A stretch of 64,000 nucleotides of DNA, from assembly GCA_016735295.1 (NCBI GenBank), contig JAERRU010000006.1:138766-202765 (forward strand), given 5' to 3'. A model generated the notes under the pieces. That model saw only the letters and a program-made list of their open reading frames with translations. It was not told the DNA's origin and made no database searches. This document shows, piece after piece, positions 34,438 through 43,228 of the stretch; the first letter of the stretch is position 1, and the number at the start of each line of letters is the position of its first letter. Made by a program: the position numbers and the translations under genes. This DNA is from SAR324 cluster bacterium. Its GTDB lineage: Bacteria > SAR324 > XYD2-FULL-50-16 > JAERRU01.

Positions 34438-35133
34438 TTACTTGATAAGTGATGATTCGTCAACTCTAATTCCCGGCCCCATAGTAGTTGATAAAAATAT
34501 TGATTTAATATAAACCCCCTTAGCCGATGAAGGTTTAAGCTTAATTACCGCATCTATTATAGCCTTAACATTATCTACTAAATGCTCAGCTAAAAAATCT
34601 GCCTTACCACAAGTAACATGTAAATTAGCCGATTTATCCGATCTAAATTCAACTTTACCCTTTTTTATCTCGGTAATAGCATTTTTCACATCAAAAGTGA
34701 CCGTTCCTAATTTTGGATTAGGCATAAGCCCACGAGGGCCTAATATTTTACCAATCTTGCCCACCTCTCTCATCATATCAGGAGTGGCGACAACCCTTTC
34801 AAAATCTAACCAACCGCCCTTTATCTTATCACTCAAATCAGCTCCTCCCACATAATCCGCCCCCGCTTCTTTAGCTTCACCCTCTTTTTCTCCTTTAGCA
34901 AATACCAATATTCGCTCCGATTTACCAGAACCATGAGGTAAAGAACAACTACCCCTTACATTCTGTTCTCCCCTTCGCGGGTCAATGCCGAGCATAATAG
35001 CTATATCAAGTGCTTCATTAAATTTAGAAACAGCTAATTTTTTGGCTAAATCTATTGCCTGAGTTAAGGAAATTTTTTTGTCTTTATCAACTAATTTTTC
35101 CCACTCTTTAGTTCTTTTAGTAAGTTTTTTCAT
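34438..35133 (-). CDS. rplA: 50S ribosomal protein L1
   Basis: FNEALDIAIMLGIDPRRGEQNVRGSCSLPHGSGK...GPRGLMPNPKLGTVT. Confidence 0.95.
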   Translation of the reverse strand: MKKLTKRTKEWEKLVDKDKKISLTQAIDLAKKLAVSKFNEALDIAIMLGIDPRRGEQNVRGSCSLPHGSGKSERILVFAKGEKEGEAKEAGADYVGGADLSDKIKGGWLDFERVVATPDMMREVGKIGKILGPRGLMPNPKLGTVTFDVKNAITEIKKGKVEFRSDKSANLHVTCGKADFLAEHLVDNVKAIIDAVIKLKPSSAKGVYIKSIFLSTTMGPGIRVDESSLIK

Positions 35134-35157
35134 TAAAATTAATAGTTTGATTAATTC

Positions 35158-35595
35158 TTAATTATTAAATTTTTCCGGTACATCAACTCCCATGCTGCGT
35201 GCTGTGCCCGCTACCATCGCCATTGCACTTTCTAAATTAGTACAATTTAAATCGGGTAACTTGGTTTTTGCCACCTCAGTTATCTGCTCAGTAGTAATTT
35301 TTCCCACCTTCTCTTTATTTGGTGTCGGAGAGCCTTTCTCTATATTTAAAGCCTTCATAATCAAAACAGCCATCGGAGAAGTCTTAGTAATAAATGTGAA
35401 ACTTCGGTCAGCATAAACAGTTATCACCACCGGAACCACCAGCCCCGCTTTGTCTTTGGTGAGAGCATTGAATTGCTTACAAAATTCAGCAATATTCACC
35501 CCTTTTTGACCCAAAGCAGGGCCAATCGGAGGAGCAGGATTAGCTTGCCCTCCTTTTATTTGTAATTTAACATATCCAGATACTTTTTTTGCCAT
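35158..35595 (-). CDS. rplK: 50S ribosomal protein L11
   Basis: [35 protein letters not shown]. Confidence 0.95.
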   Translation of the reverse strand: MAKKVSGYVKLQIKGGQANPAPPIGPALGQKGVNIAEFCKQFNALTKDKAGLVVPVVITVYADRSFTFITKTSPMAVLIMKALNIEKGSPTPNKEKVGKITTEQITEVAKTKLPDLNCTNLESAMAMVAGTARSMGVDVPEKFNN

Positions 35596-35637
35596 GTAAC
35601 CCCTAAAATTTTAAAACTATCACACTAAATAAATATT

Positions 35638-36195
35638 TTACGATTGCCAAGGTTTAACTTTATTCAATTCTAACTCAATTGGCGTGCTTCTGCCGAAAAT
35701 ACTGACAGTCACAGTAAGTTTATTTTTTTCATTATCAACCGAATTAACTACCCCCTTAAAGTCCATAAAAGGACCATCAACAATCATCACAGATTCTCCA
35801 ATTTGATAAGAAGAGTCTAATTCTGATTGTTTGGTGCCTTGATCAATTTTATCTTTAATCGCATTTAACTCTGCATCAGAAACAGTTTGCGGCTCTAATT
35901 GATTATTACCAATAAAGCCCGATATCTTTTTGATAGCTCTTAGCACGTGCCAAAGCTCATCAGTTAAAGACATTTCTATTAAAATATAACCAGGGAAATA
36001 ACTAACATTTTTAGTCATCTGCTTGCCCGCCCTTTTGTAGGTTACCGTTTCCGACGGAATAAAAATATCTTTAACTAAATGACTTATCCCTTTTAAAAAT
36101 AATTGCTCCCTAAGCAAAGTTACTGCCTTTTTTTCTTGTCCTGCTTGAGATTGCAACACATACCACCTAGCTTCTTTTTCCTTAACAGCAACCAT
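35638..36195 (-). CDS. nusG: Transcription termination/antitermination factor NusG
   Basis: ARWYVLQSQAGQEKKA (NGN) and a C-terminal KOW (GESVMIVDGPFMDFKGVVNSVD). Conserved secE-nusG-rplK position. Confidence 0.92.
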   Translation of the reverse strand: MVAVKEKEARWYVLQSQAGQEKKAVTLLREQLFLKGISHLVKDIFIPSETVTYKRAGKQMTKNVSYFPGYILIEMSLTDELWHVLRAIKKISGFIGNNQLEPQTVSDAELNAIKDKIDQGTKQSELDSSYQIGESVMIVDGPFMDFKGVVNSVDNEKNKLTVTVSIFGRSTPIELELNKVKPWQS

Positions 36196-36220
36196 AGCTA
36201 TAAAATTATTAAAACTAAAA

Positions 36221-36406
36221 TCAACCTAGTATAAATCTGATTAAATTAGATAATCCAAAATCGATTACCAGAAAAAATACCATCATAACAGCACATACAA
36301 AAAAAACTATTCCCGTTAATCTAACCACTTGGTTACGATCAGGCCAAGTTGTTTTTGTTAATTCTGTGCGACAATCTTTAAAAAAAGTTATAATCCCTTT
36401 AAACAT
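36221..36406 (-). CDS. secE: Preprotein translocase subunit SecE
   Basis: 61 aa, single TM, with a FFKDCRTELTKTTWPDRNQVV motif (E-L-x-K-V-x-WP). Position between tRNA-Trp and nusG. Confidence 0.85.
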   Translation of the reverse strand: MFKGIITFFKDCRTELTKTTWPDRNQVVRLTGIVFFVCAVMMVFFLVIDFGLSNLIRFILG

Positions 36407-36428
36407 AAAATTCTACAATATAATAACT

Positions 36429-36501
36429 CAGGTCAGGAGGGTCTCGAACCCCCAACCCTCGGTTTTGGAGACCGATGTTCTACCAATTGAACCACTGACC
36501 T
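36429..36501 (-). tRNA. tRNA-Trp (anticodon CCA)
   Basis: The minus strand reads AGGTCAGTGGTTCAATTGGTAGAACATCGGTCTCCAAAACCGAGGGTTGGGGGTTCGAGACCCTCCTGACCTG. It folds as a cloverleaf with anticodon loop CUCCAAA. No encoded CCA. Confidence 0.92.
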
Positions 36502-36623
36502 TTATTTATAATTAGTATTAACACTAATTATCATTAATTAAACTATTAAATTATTAAATAAACCTAAATTCTTCAATTTTCACAAAAATATTTAATTATT
36601 ATAACTTTAATAATTATTAATCT

Positions 36624-36695
36624 AGCCCGAGAGCAGGATCGAACTGCCGACCTCTTCCTTACCAAGGAAACGCTCTACCACTGAGCCACCCGGGC
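36624..36695 (-). tRNA. tRNA-Thr (anticodon GGU)
   Basis: The minus strand reads GCCCGGGTGGCTCAGTGGTAGAGCGTTTCCTTGGTAAGGAAGAGGTCGGCAGTTCGATCCTGCTCTCGGGCT. Anticodon loop UUGGUAA. Confidence 0.9.
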
Positions 36696-36724
36696 AAATT
36701 TAAACCCTATATAAATTATTATTA

Positions 36725-36806
36725 TGGGGAGAGAAGGATTCGAACCTTCGAAGCTAATAGCAACAGATTTACAGTCTGCCCCCTTTGACCGCTCGGGAAT
36801 CTCCCC
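36725..36806 (-). tRNA. tRNA-Tyr (anticodon GUA), long variable arm
   Basis: The minus strand reads GGGGAGATTCCCGAGCGGTCAAAGGGGGCAGACTGTAAATCTGTTGCTATTAGCTTCGAAGGTTCGAATCCTTCTCTCCCCA. Confidence 0.9.
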
Positions 36807-36882
36807 TTTAATTAATTTAGTAATTAGGTAAATATAAGGTTTATTCCTTTGCCTAGCCTTACTATCTCTTCATTAAAGAATC

Positions 36883-36955
36883 AGCTGGCGATTGGAGTTG
36901 AACCAACAACCTGCTGATTACAAATCAGCTGCTCTGCCAATTGAGCTACGCCAGC
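36883..36955 (-). tRNA. tRNA-Thr (anticodon UGU)
   Basis: The minus strand reads GCTGGCGTAGCTCAATTGGCAGAGCAGCTGATTTGTAATCAGCAGGTTGTTGGTTCAACTCCAATCGCCAGCT. Confidence 0.9.
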
Positions 36956-36968
36956 ACATTAACTTAGT

Positions 36969-36998
36969 AGTTTAGTGTTGTAAGTATCATAATGTCAA
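36969..36998 (-). promoter_or_regulatory. Candidate promoter of the tRNA-secE-nusG-rplKAJL block (TTGACA-18 nt-TAAACT on the minus strand)
   Basis: The reverse complement reads ttgaca ttatgatacttacaacac taaact, ending ~13 nt before the first tRNA. Confidence 0.35.
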
Positions 36999-37218
36999 GT
37001 GCTCTTATATAAATTTATATTATTTTTTAAAATCTAGCTAATTATATATGGGTTAAATGGATTATTAAGGCAATTTATGGCATAAAATTATATATTAATG
37101 GGTTTATGGCGTAATATAGGGGTAAATTTAATTAATATATTTATTGTTTTAGGAGTAATAAAATTTTTTATGTTAATGATTTATTTTTAATGGTGATAAA
37201 AATTACTTTATATATCTA

Positions 37219-39663
37219 ATGATAGATGAACGGAATTACGCTTGGAGTGTTTATCTTAAATTAATTATTTTTTCGGTAATATATTTTGTAGGCTCGTTCT
37301 TGATGGGGAGTAATAGAGGCTCTTTATTAGTGGAACTAATCATAGCAGGGTGGTCTGAGGCTAGTATTGTGTTGTGGATTTTTAATATTTCTATGTTGAT
37401 AATATTTTTCATGGGAATTTATTTAAATCGATATAAAATGTTTAGCACAAATATTTTTTGGCTGGGGGTATCATTTTTCTTTGTCGATGTATGGCTTAAT
37501 TATTCTTTTTTTCAGGCTAATACATATAAGATGGTATCATTTTTCATCTTTACGGCGATAATTTTTTTAAAAGAGGATTTATTTAAATTAAGTTATTTAC
37601 GAGAAAGCAAGAAATTTTTAATTTGGTTAATCTTGTTTTTACCAACCCTGAGCGCTTTGCCAGGGGTGATTTGGGGCGGAGGGAGCACTAATTATAATTT
37701 TACTTATGAATTTAGTGCCCTTTTCATCTGTTCTTTATTTGGTACTTACGTTTACTCAATTTGCCATGATCAAAATAAAATAAATAGTATGGTGCATTGG
37801 GTCGCTTTGACAGTATATATTATTTGTTTTTGGAGCTTTTATGAGAAGTATGCACTAACAAAATACCGGGCGGGTTCGACCTTTGGAAATGCCACCTATT
37901 TTGGCACCTATCTGATGTTGCTTATGCCTGTGCTATTATCGCAGATTTTATATTTCAAGAGTATTGGTAAAAATAGTAGTGATAAATCTTTAACTTCACT
38001 TGGAATTAAGGATTTACGAATAGATTTTAGCCAATGGTTGATAATAATTGCCCTTTTGACAGGCTTAGTGGGGTTTTATTTTTCTTTTACTAGGGCTTCT
38101 CAGTTAGGATTGCTTGTTGGGCTTTTATTTAGTGGAATAATTTTCATTCACAGATTTTACCCTGATAAATTACTTAAATATATAGCGGTATTTTTTTTAG
38201 CAACAATTTTTTTAATAGGTCTTATCTTAATTTTATATACCTACGCTGGTTTTTTTCCTAGTTTAGTAAGATTTTCCACACTTTTTGAGTTATCTGGCTA
38301 TTATGCGAGGTTAGTTTCTTGGGTGCCAGCGGTGAAGGCATTTTTGGATAATAGCTGGATAGGCCATGGGCTGGGCAGCTCATATAGCATTTATTTTGAT
38401 TATACTTGGGCTAAGGGGCTGTTGTATCATGATGAAATTAGCTATAACCATGTGCATAACGAAATTTTGCAAATAGCTGAGGAAGGGGGGATATTAGGTT
38501 TATTAGGTCAATTTGTTCCTTTATTATTTATCATCTTTTTTTTAATTAAGTTGGTATATAAAAAAGGTGATTATTTTAAAGACCAGCTCTTAGCTTTAAT
38601 GATAATAGCTGGCATTTGTGCTTATTATGTTGATGGAATTTTTTCGATCAGCCAAAGACAAATGGGGGGAAGGGTTCCATTTTATCTTATTTTGGGACTA
38701 GGTTTAAGTTTGATAGATAAGCATTATGATATATTTAATAAGATTAAATTATTACCAAAGGTGTTTCGCCTTAGATTATTATTAGTGGGGGTTATTTTGC
38801 CAATATTTGTGGTGAGCGGCTATTACCTTAGCCGGTGGGCGTATATGCAAAATCAATATGTTAGTGTTATTAGGGCGTCAAAGACTACTTTTATACAAAA
38901 AATAAAAAATAATTTACATATCCATAACGATATTTACGCACTAGAGAGGCTGGGGGTAGCACTTTATGAAAGCGAGCGATATGAAGAAGCGGTTGAATAT
39001 TTTGCTAAAACTTTGTCGATTATTCCCTATTACCGAATGAGTGCATATCGAAAATGTTTAGCTGAAATAAAGTTAGATAAGTATGAAGTAGCACTTGAGG
39101 ATTGTAAGGCACAACAAAGCAAGATACCTTATATGATAGTAAATAATACTACTTTGCTTTATCTTTCATTAGTGTTAAATGATGAACAAGAATTTTTAAA
39201 AGCTTTTAAATATGGAGTGGGGGGATTGTTGATGAAGGCATCGGCAATGAAAATTGATAAAAAATCAAATGATCATAAGAAAAATACTGGAGCAGAGAGG
39301 AGGTTTTTTAGGGATAATTTCTTACAAGATGTCGAGCTAGAAACGGTAAAACAGCAAAAAGAATATATCAAATTTTCATATAAAGATAAGGTCTTTACCA
39401 TGCATGTTGCTGAGTCTTTGTTTGGTGATTTGAGAGAAGAATTTATCGCTACTGGCTATAACACAAATTGGGGAGTGTTGCGTGATTTATCGGTAGCAAA
39501 AACACTATCTACTGATTTAGTAAGAGATAAAGTGTTTGGTAATTCTTTTAGTAGCACTAATAGAGGGCGTACTAGATTTATTAAGGGGGAAAGAATTAAA
39601 TTAGTAAAAGAATTAGAAAAGTGGGTTAGTAAAATAGGAGTGGTAGAATATAATAATAATTAG
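37219..39663 (+). CDS. O-antigen ligase / O-antigen polymerase-like (Wzy_C) polytopic membrane protein fused to a C-terminal TPR-like soluble domain
   Basis: At least 10 TM helices. A large periplasmic loop carries ...HGLGSSY...YNHVHNEILQIAEEGGILGL (the H-N-x-x-L-x-x-x-x-E-x-G Wzy_C signature). The C-terminal ~280 aa contain TPR-like repeats (YEEAVEYFAKTLSIIPYY). Confidence 0.7.
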   Translation: MIDERNYAWSVYLKLIIFSVIYFVGSFLMGSNRGSLLVELIIAGWSEASIVLWIFNISMLIIFFMGIYLNRYKMFSTNIFWLGVSFFFVDVWLNYSFFQANTYKMVSFFIFTAIIFLKEDLFKLSYLRESKKFLIWLILFLPTLSALPGVIWGGGSTNYNFTYEFSALFICSLFGTYVYSICHDQNKINSMVHWVALTVYIICFWSFYEKYALTKYRAGSTFGNATYFGTYLMLLMPVLLSQILYFKSIGKNSSDKSLTSLGIKDLRIDFSQWLIIIALLTGLVGFYFSFTRASQLGLLVGLLFSGIIFIHRFYPDKLLKYIAVFFLATIFLIGLILILYTYAGFFPSLVRFSTLFELSGYYARLVSWVPAVKAFLDNSWIGHGLGSSYSIYFDYTWAKGLLYHDEISYNHVHNEILQIAEEGGILGLLGQFVPLLFIIFFLIKLVYKKGDYFKDQLLALMIIAGICAYYVDGIFSISQRQMGGRVPFYLILGLGLSLIDKHYDIFNKIKLLPKVFRLRLLLVGVILPIFVVSGYYLSRWAYMQNQYVSVIRASKTTFIQKIKNNLHIHNDIYALERLGVALYESERYEEAVEYFAKTLSIIPYYRMSAYRKCLAEIKLDKYEVALEDCKAQQSKIPYMIVNNTTLLYLSLVLNDEQEFLKAFKYGVGGLLMKASAMKIDKKSNDHKKNTGAERRFFRDNFLQDVELETVKQQKEYIKFSYKDKVFTMHVAESLFGDLREEFIATGYNTNWGVLRDLSVAKTLSTDLVRDKVFGNSFSSTNRGRTRFIKGERIKLVKELEKWVSKIGVVEYNNN

Positions 39664-39675
39664 ATAATATTGATA

Positions 39676-39999
39676 ATGGATATTGATAAATTTAAACGAA
39701 TAACTAAACAGCTATATAAAAAAGTTATCGATGAATTTGATAAGATAGATCCTGATGAGGCTGAAGCTAATTATCATTTAGATAATATTTCTATCACTTT
39801 TGGTGATGGAACTATTTTTGTGATAAATAGACAACCACCAGTTTATCAGCTTTGGCTGGCTACTAAGAGCAAGGGGTATCATTTTTTATATAATGATGAT
39901 TCAGGGAAATGGTTGTCTACCAAAACTAATGAAGAATTTTATTTAGTATTAAAAACTCACGCCGATCCTTATTTGAGCAGCAGTCTTAACTTTAATTAG
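39676..39999 (+). CDS. cyaY: Frataxin homologue CyaY (iron-sulfur cluster assembly)
   Basis: ~107 aa with an acidic N-terminal helix (IDEFDKIDPDEAEANYHLD), ...FVINRQPPVYQLWLATKSKGYHF...GKW, matching the CyaY/frataxin core. ATG at 39676 is preferred over TTG at 39670. Confidence 0.75.
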   Translation: MDIDKFKRITKQLYKKVIDEFDKIDPDEAEANYHLDNISITFGDGTIFVINRQPPVYQLWLATKSKGYHFLYNDDSGKWLSTKTNEEFYLVLKTHADPYLSSSLNFN

Positions 40000-40119
40000 C
40001 GTTCTAGGGCTTGTGAAAAAAATATTTTACGCTAACATAGGTTATCTTATTATTTTGGTTTGATTGTTTTGCGTGGTGGCAATCATTTTATAATTAACAT
40101 TTATTTAGATAGACGTAAC

Positions 40120-40806
40120 ATGAAGCATATTTTTTTAGGATTATTATTTTCGTTGATTGTAGTAAAGGGGGTTTTAGGGCAAGAATTTAAACAACAATCG
40201 TCATATATAATAGGATATAATTTGGGCAATAGCCTTTCTGAATCGGGAATAGAAGTTGAGTTAAAATCTTTAATAAAAGGTGTTAATCAGGGATTATCTG
40301 GTAAAGATAGCCGCTATAGCGATGATAAAACGAAACAAATTATGGTTAGTTTAAACGATAAAGCAAAAAAAAACATTCAAAGCAAACAAAAAAAAATGTC
40401 AATACAAAACACAAATGAAGCAAGCGATTTTTTAGCAAAAAATAAAAGCAAAGCGGGTGTAAAAGAAACAGCTAGCGGCTTGCAGTATGAAATAATGAAA
40501 GATGCTTCTGGTAAAAAACCGAGCAGTAAAGATCAAGTAAAGGTGCATTATGTGGGCACTTTAATTGATGGTAGTGAATTTGATTCATCAGTTAAAAGAG
40601 GAACTCCTGCTGAATTTGGGTTAGATCAAGTTATTTCTGGCTGGACAGAGGGAGTGCAGTTAATGTCGATTGGGGCTAAGTATAGGTTTTTTGTCCCACC
40701 TGCGTTGGGATATGGAAATTCTGCACCTCCAGGCTCAATTATCGGCCCTGGTGCTTTATTGATATTTGAAGTAGAGCTGTTGGGTATTAACGGAAAAGAT
40801 AGTTAA
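40120..40806 (+). CDS. FKBP-type peptidyl-prolyl cis-trans isomerase (FkpA/Mip-like), secreted
   Basis: Signal peptide from the internal Met (MKHIFLGLLFSLIVVKG). N-terminal dimerisation helix region. C-terminal FKBP core (VKVHYVGTLIDGSEFDSS...VISGWTEGVQLM..G.KYRFFVPPALGYG). Confidence 0.88.
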   Translation: MKHIFLGLLFSLIVVKGVLGQEFKQQSSYIIGYNLGNSLSESGIEVELKSLIKGVNQGLSGKDSRYSDDKTKQIMVSLNDKAKKNIQSKQKKMSIQNTNEASDFLAKNKSKAGVKETASGLQYEIMKDASGKKPSSKDQVKVHYVGTLIDGSEFDSSVKRGTPAEFGLDQVISGWTEGVQLMSIGAKYRFFVPPALGYGNSAPPGSIIGPGALLIFEVELLGINGKDS

Positions 40807-40865
40807 TTAAAGTAATCCCTATTAAAATATTCCTATTAAGCACTTTAGGTGCTTAGGTGTGAGGT

Positions 40866-40898
40866 CTGTCCCAGTTGGGGCAGGCACCATTTTTTTTT
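40866..40898 (+). terminator. Rho-independent terminator after the FKBP gene
   Basis: ctgtccc-agtt-ggggcag, extendable by ggtgc...gcacc, followed by T9. Confidence 0.6.
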
Positions 40899-40962
40899 GA
40901 GCTGGGGATATTTTTTTTTAAGATGATTGAGCTAATATTTTATAATATGGGCTTAGTTATCA

Positions 40963-42282
40963 TCAAAATTTCCAGTTATAGCTAAATAAAGTGGTAGCAG
41001 CAGCAGTGGGGGATTGATTTAATGGCCTTATGTGGCTGTGGGGCAACCACTGTAGGTCTATATAATCCTTAAATTTACCTTCATCAATTAATTGATTAAC
41101 AGCTGAGCGAGCGTTGATAAATTTAGCTAAACTATATCCACCGGCGGCTATGCCTGCTATATAGATAAAAAATGAATTAGTTTTTTTATAGTAGCTGTAA
41201 GCAACACCGGCTCCTATGCCAATGCTAACCCAGCGATAAAGCTCTCTTTGATTTTCATAGTATCTTACTTTTTTAATCCAGGCCAATCCTTTGTAATAGT
41301 TAATTTGTTTTTCTATATCATTGTTATTTGTAGGGATATAAACATCTAATTTAGGTGAGGGTTCTAATAATTTTGATTTTTGGGCAGTTTTATAAAAGCT
41401 ATCAATTTCTTTTCTGGCATTAGTAACTAAAATTTCTTGTTTATCTTGATCTAGATAAGTTTTTACCTGATCGTTATTGGCAATCTTTCCAGCAGTAAAA
41501 ATATAGTTAGCAATGCTATGATTGCTACTAACTTGGTTAACTTTTAATATTGCGGAAATGGATCTATCTAATTTGGATAGGTGGCTATCGTTTTTAAGAG
41601 CGGAGTTATTTAGATTGTTGTGATATAAAACCAATTTATCGCCGATGGTGATGCCATGATTTGAGCCTAAATTAATCTTTACTAGTGTTTTATCAAACGA
41701 TAGAACGCGCCCTGATAGGGGTAATTTAAGTTTGATATTGGAGGATAATTCAAAGAATTTTTGATTAATTTGCTGTTTATTAAATAATAATTTTCCTTTT
41801 GAGGCAATGTTTCGGCTATGGGTTTCTATTATTTGATAGTCTAGAGTAAAATAATCATTATCATTTAGAGTAATTAGACTAGTAAAAATATAATCAATAC
41901 GCAGTAGTTTAGCCCCGGGCAAGCCACAAGAAATATTGTAACAATCTGTTAAATCAGGTAAATCGGGATAATTAATGCTTAGCTTATCGTTTATTTGGGT
42001 GGTGGTAATCACATTAAAGGAGCTTACTTCTTCTATGAATAATGCTAGTTGGCTGCCATAAGCTTTGGCTAAAGAGCTAGATAAATTAAGATAATTCATA
42101 TCTAGAATTAGTAACGATGGACTTTCATCAAAATTACGATTATTAATTGATTCTCTAAGGACATATGAATTCTCTAGAGATTGAGCGTGAGCTATGTTAA
42201 GCATGGTCATGCATAATATAGCTCCGCTAATTGAAATTAAAAATCTATTCAGATATTTTTGATAAAGTACTTTAAAATACAT
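40963..42282 (-). CDS. Secreted / envelope hypothetical protein (439 aa)
   Basis: Signal peptide (...LNIAHAQS). An N-terminal alpha/beta segment resembles LpoB/CsgG-N type domains. Central SH3-like motif (VKINLGSNHGITIGDKLVLY). Two C-terminal hydrophobic helices, ending ...LFSYNWKF. Confidence 0.55.
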   Translation of the reverse strand: MYFKVLYQKYLNRFLISISGAILCMTMLNIAHAQSLENSYVLRESINNRNFDESPSLLILDMNYLNLSSSLAKAYGSQLALFIEEVSSFNVITTTQINDKLSINYPDLPDLTDCYNISCGLPGAKLLRIDYIFTSLITLNDNDYFTLDYQIIETHSRNIASKGKLLFNKQQINQKFFELSSNIKLKLPLSGRVLSFDKTLVKINLGSNHGITIGDKLVLYHNNLNNSALKNDSHLSKLDRSISAILKVNQVSSNHSIANYIFTAGKIANNDQVKTYLDQDKQEILVTNARKEIDSFYKTAQKSKLLEPSPKLDVYIPTNNNDIEKQINYYKGLAWIKKVRYYENQRELYRWVSIGIGAGVAYSYYKKTNSFFIYIAGIAAGGYSLAKFINARSAVNQLIDEGKFKDYIDLQWLPHSHIRPLNQSPTAAATTLFSYNWKF

Positions 42283-42295
42283 CAGTTAAGCGGTA

Positions 42296-42346
42296 AAATA
42301 ATAAGTGATTAAAGTTAATAAGTAGTGAAATAATAAGTGATTAAAG
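42296..42346. repeat. 19-bp perfect direct repeat (aaataataagtgattaaag) x2 with 32-bp period
   Basis: Copies at 42296-42314 and 42328-42346. They lie between two co-oriented genes, and the second copy overlaps the upstream gene's stop codon. Confidence 0.7.
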
Positions 42347-43228
42347 CCGTAAAACCAGACTAATATTGATTATAGATCCACCGAAATTCAGCAAAAGATC
42401 TTCATCATTATTATTTTTTTGATTAAAATGGTCATTATTAGCAGTAATATGATTAGCTTGGATAGCCTTGTATGATATATTCAACCCCACATCTCCATCA
42501 AGCACAATAATGCCTAATTCGCGGTGGCTATATAAACCCTGTATATCACTCTCGAAGCTAGGATTTGCAGCATCTTCTTTAATCTTTCCATGCAAGGCAC
42601 CAAACCCTAATCCAACAAACATTTTTAACGGGTTGTAGCCCTTGGAAAAGGAATTGAAAAAATAAAAATTAACACCTAAAAGGGCGGCAGTCGCTAGATA
42701 TTTAACATTAGGTGTGTTGCCCAATTTACCATTAAACATGCTGTCCATGGATTCTTCAAGTTGAGTTATTTCCCCATTTACCCCGATAGATTTTAAAACA
42801 GGCCAATCAAAATCTTTTATAATGCCTAATTTTATACCTTTAAACGTATTACTAGGCATAGCCCCGCTAAAAGCCGATAGTCCTGTGTATTGGTGAACAA
42901 TTTTTTTATCATAATTAAAGAAGTTTTCTCCTAATTTAATGATATAATTAATTCTCAAGAGTGGATATAAATTAGTCCCTTCATAATAATCCCTTTCTAT
43001 TTTTTGGTATTGAGTGGCAGAAGGTGCTGGCGGGGAGATATTTTCGGGGCTTTGAGTTTTTGCAGAATCCTCAGCTGGTAAATCAGATAAATTGCTAGGA
43101 GCAGGAGAAACAGGCTCATTTTGAGCGTAACCTTTAACAGGCGCGAGCCCCAAAGTTATAATCACACAACTTAAAGCTAGCGCTAGAGGATAAATAAAAT
43201 ATTTAATAAAAGGGATGAAAAACTTCAC
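42341..43228 (-). CDS. Secreted hypothetical protein, possible outer-membrane beta-barrel with a Pro/Ser-rich N-terminal linker
   Basis: Signal peptide (...APVKGYAQ), a PAPS-rich linker, then alternating hydrophobic beta-strand-like segments. Confidence 0.5.
   Translation of the reverse strand: MKFFIPFIKYFIYPLALALSCVIITLGLAPVKGYAQNEPVSPAPSNLSDLPAEDSAKTQSPENISPPAPSATQYQKIERDYYEGTNLYPLLRINYIIKLGENFFNYDKKIVHQYTGLSAFSGAMPSNTFKGIKLGIIKDFDWPVLKSIGVNGEITQLEESMDSMFNGKLGNTPNVKYLATAALLGVNFYFFNSFSKGYNPLKMFVGLGFGALHGKIKEDAANPSFESDIQGLYSHRELGIIVLDGDVGLNISYKAIQANHITANNDHFNQKNNNDEDLLLNFGGSIINISLVLRL

Noticed and set aside
36502-37218. tRNA cluster as a potential integration hotspot or genomic island border
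   Set aside because: No integrase, no direct repeat of a tRNA 3' end and no compositionally distinct block are adjacent. The flanking genes are housekeeping or envelope genes.
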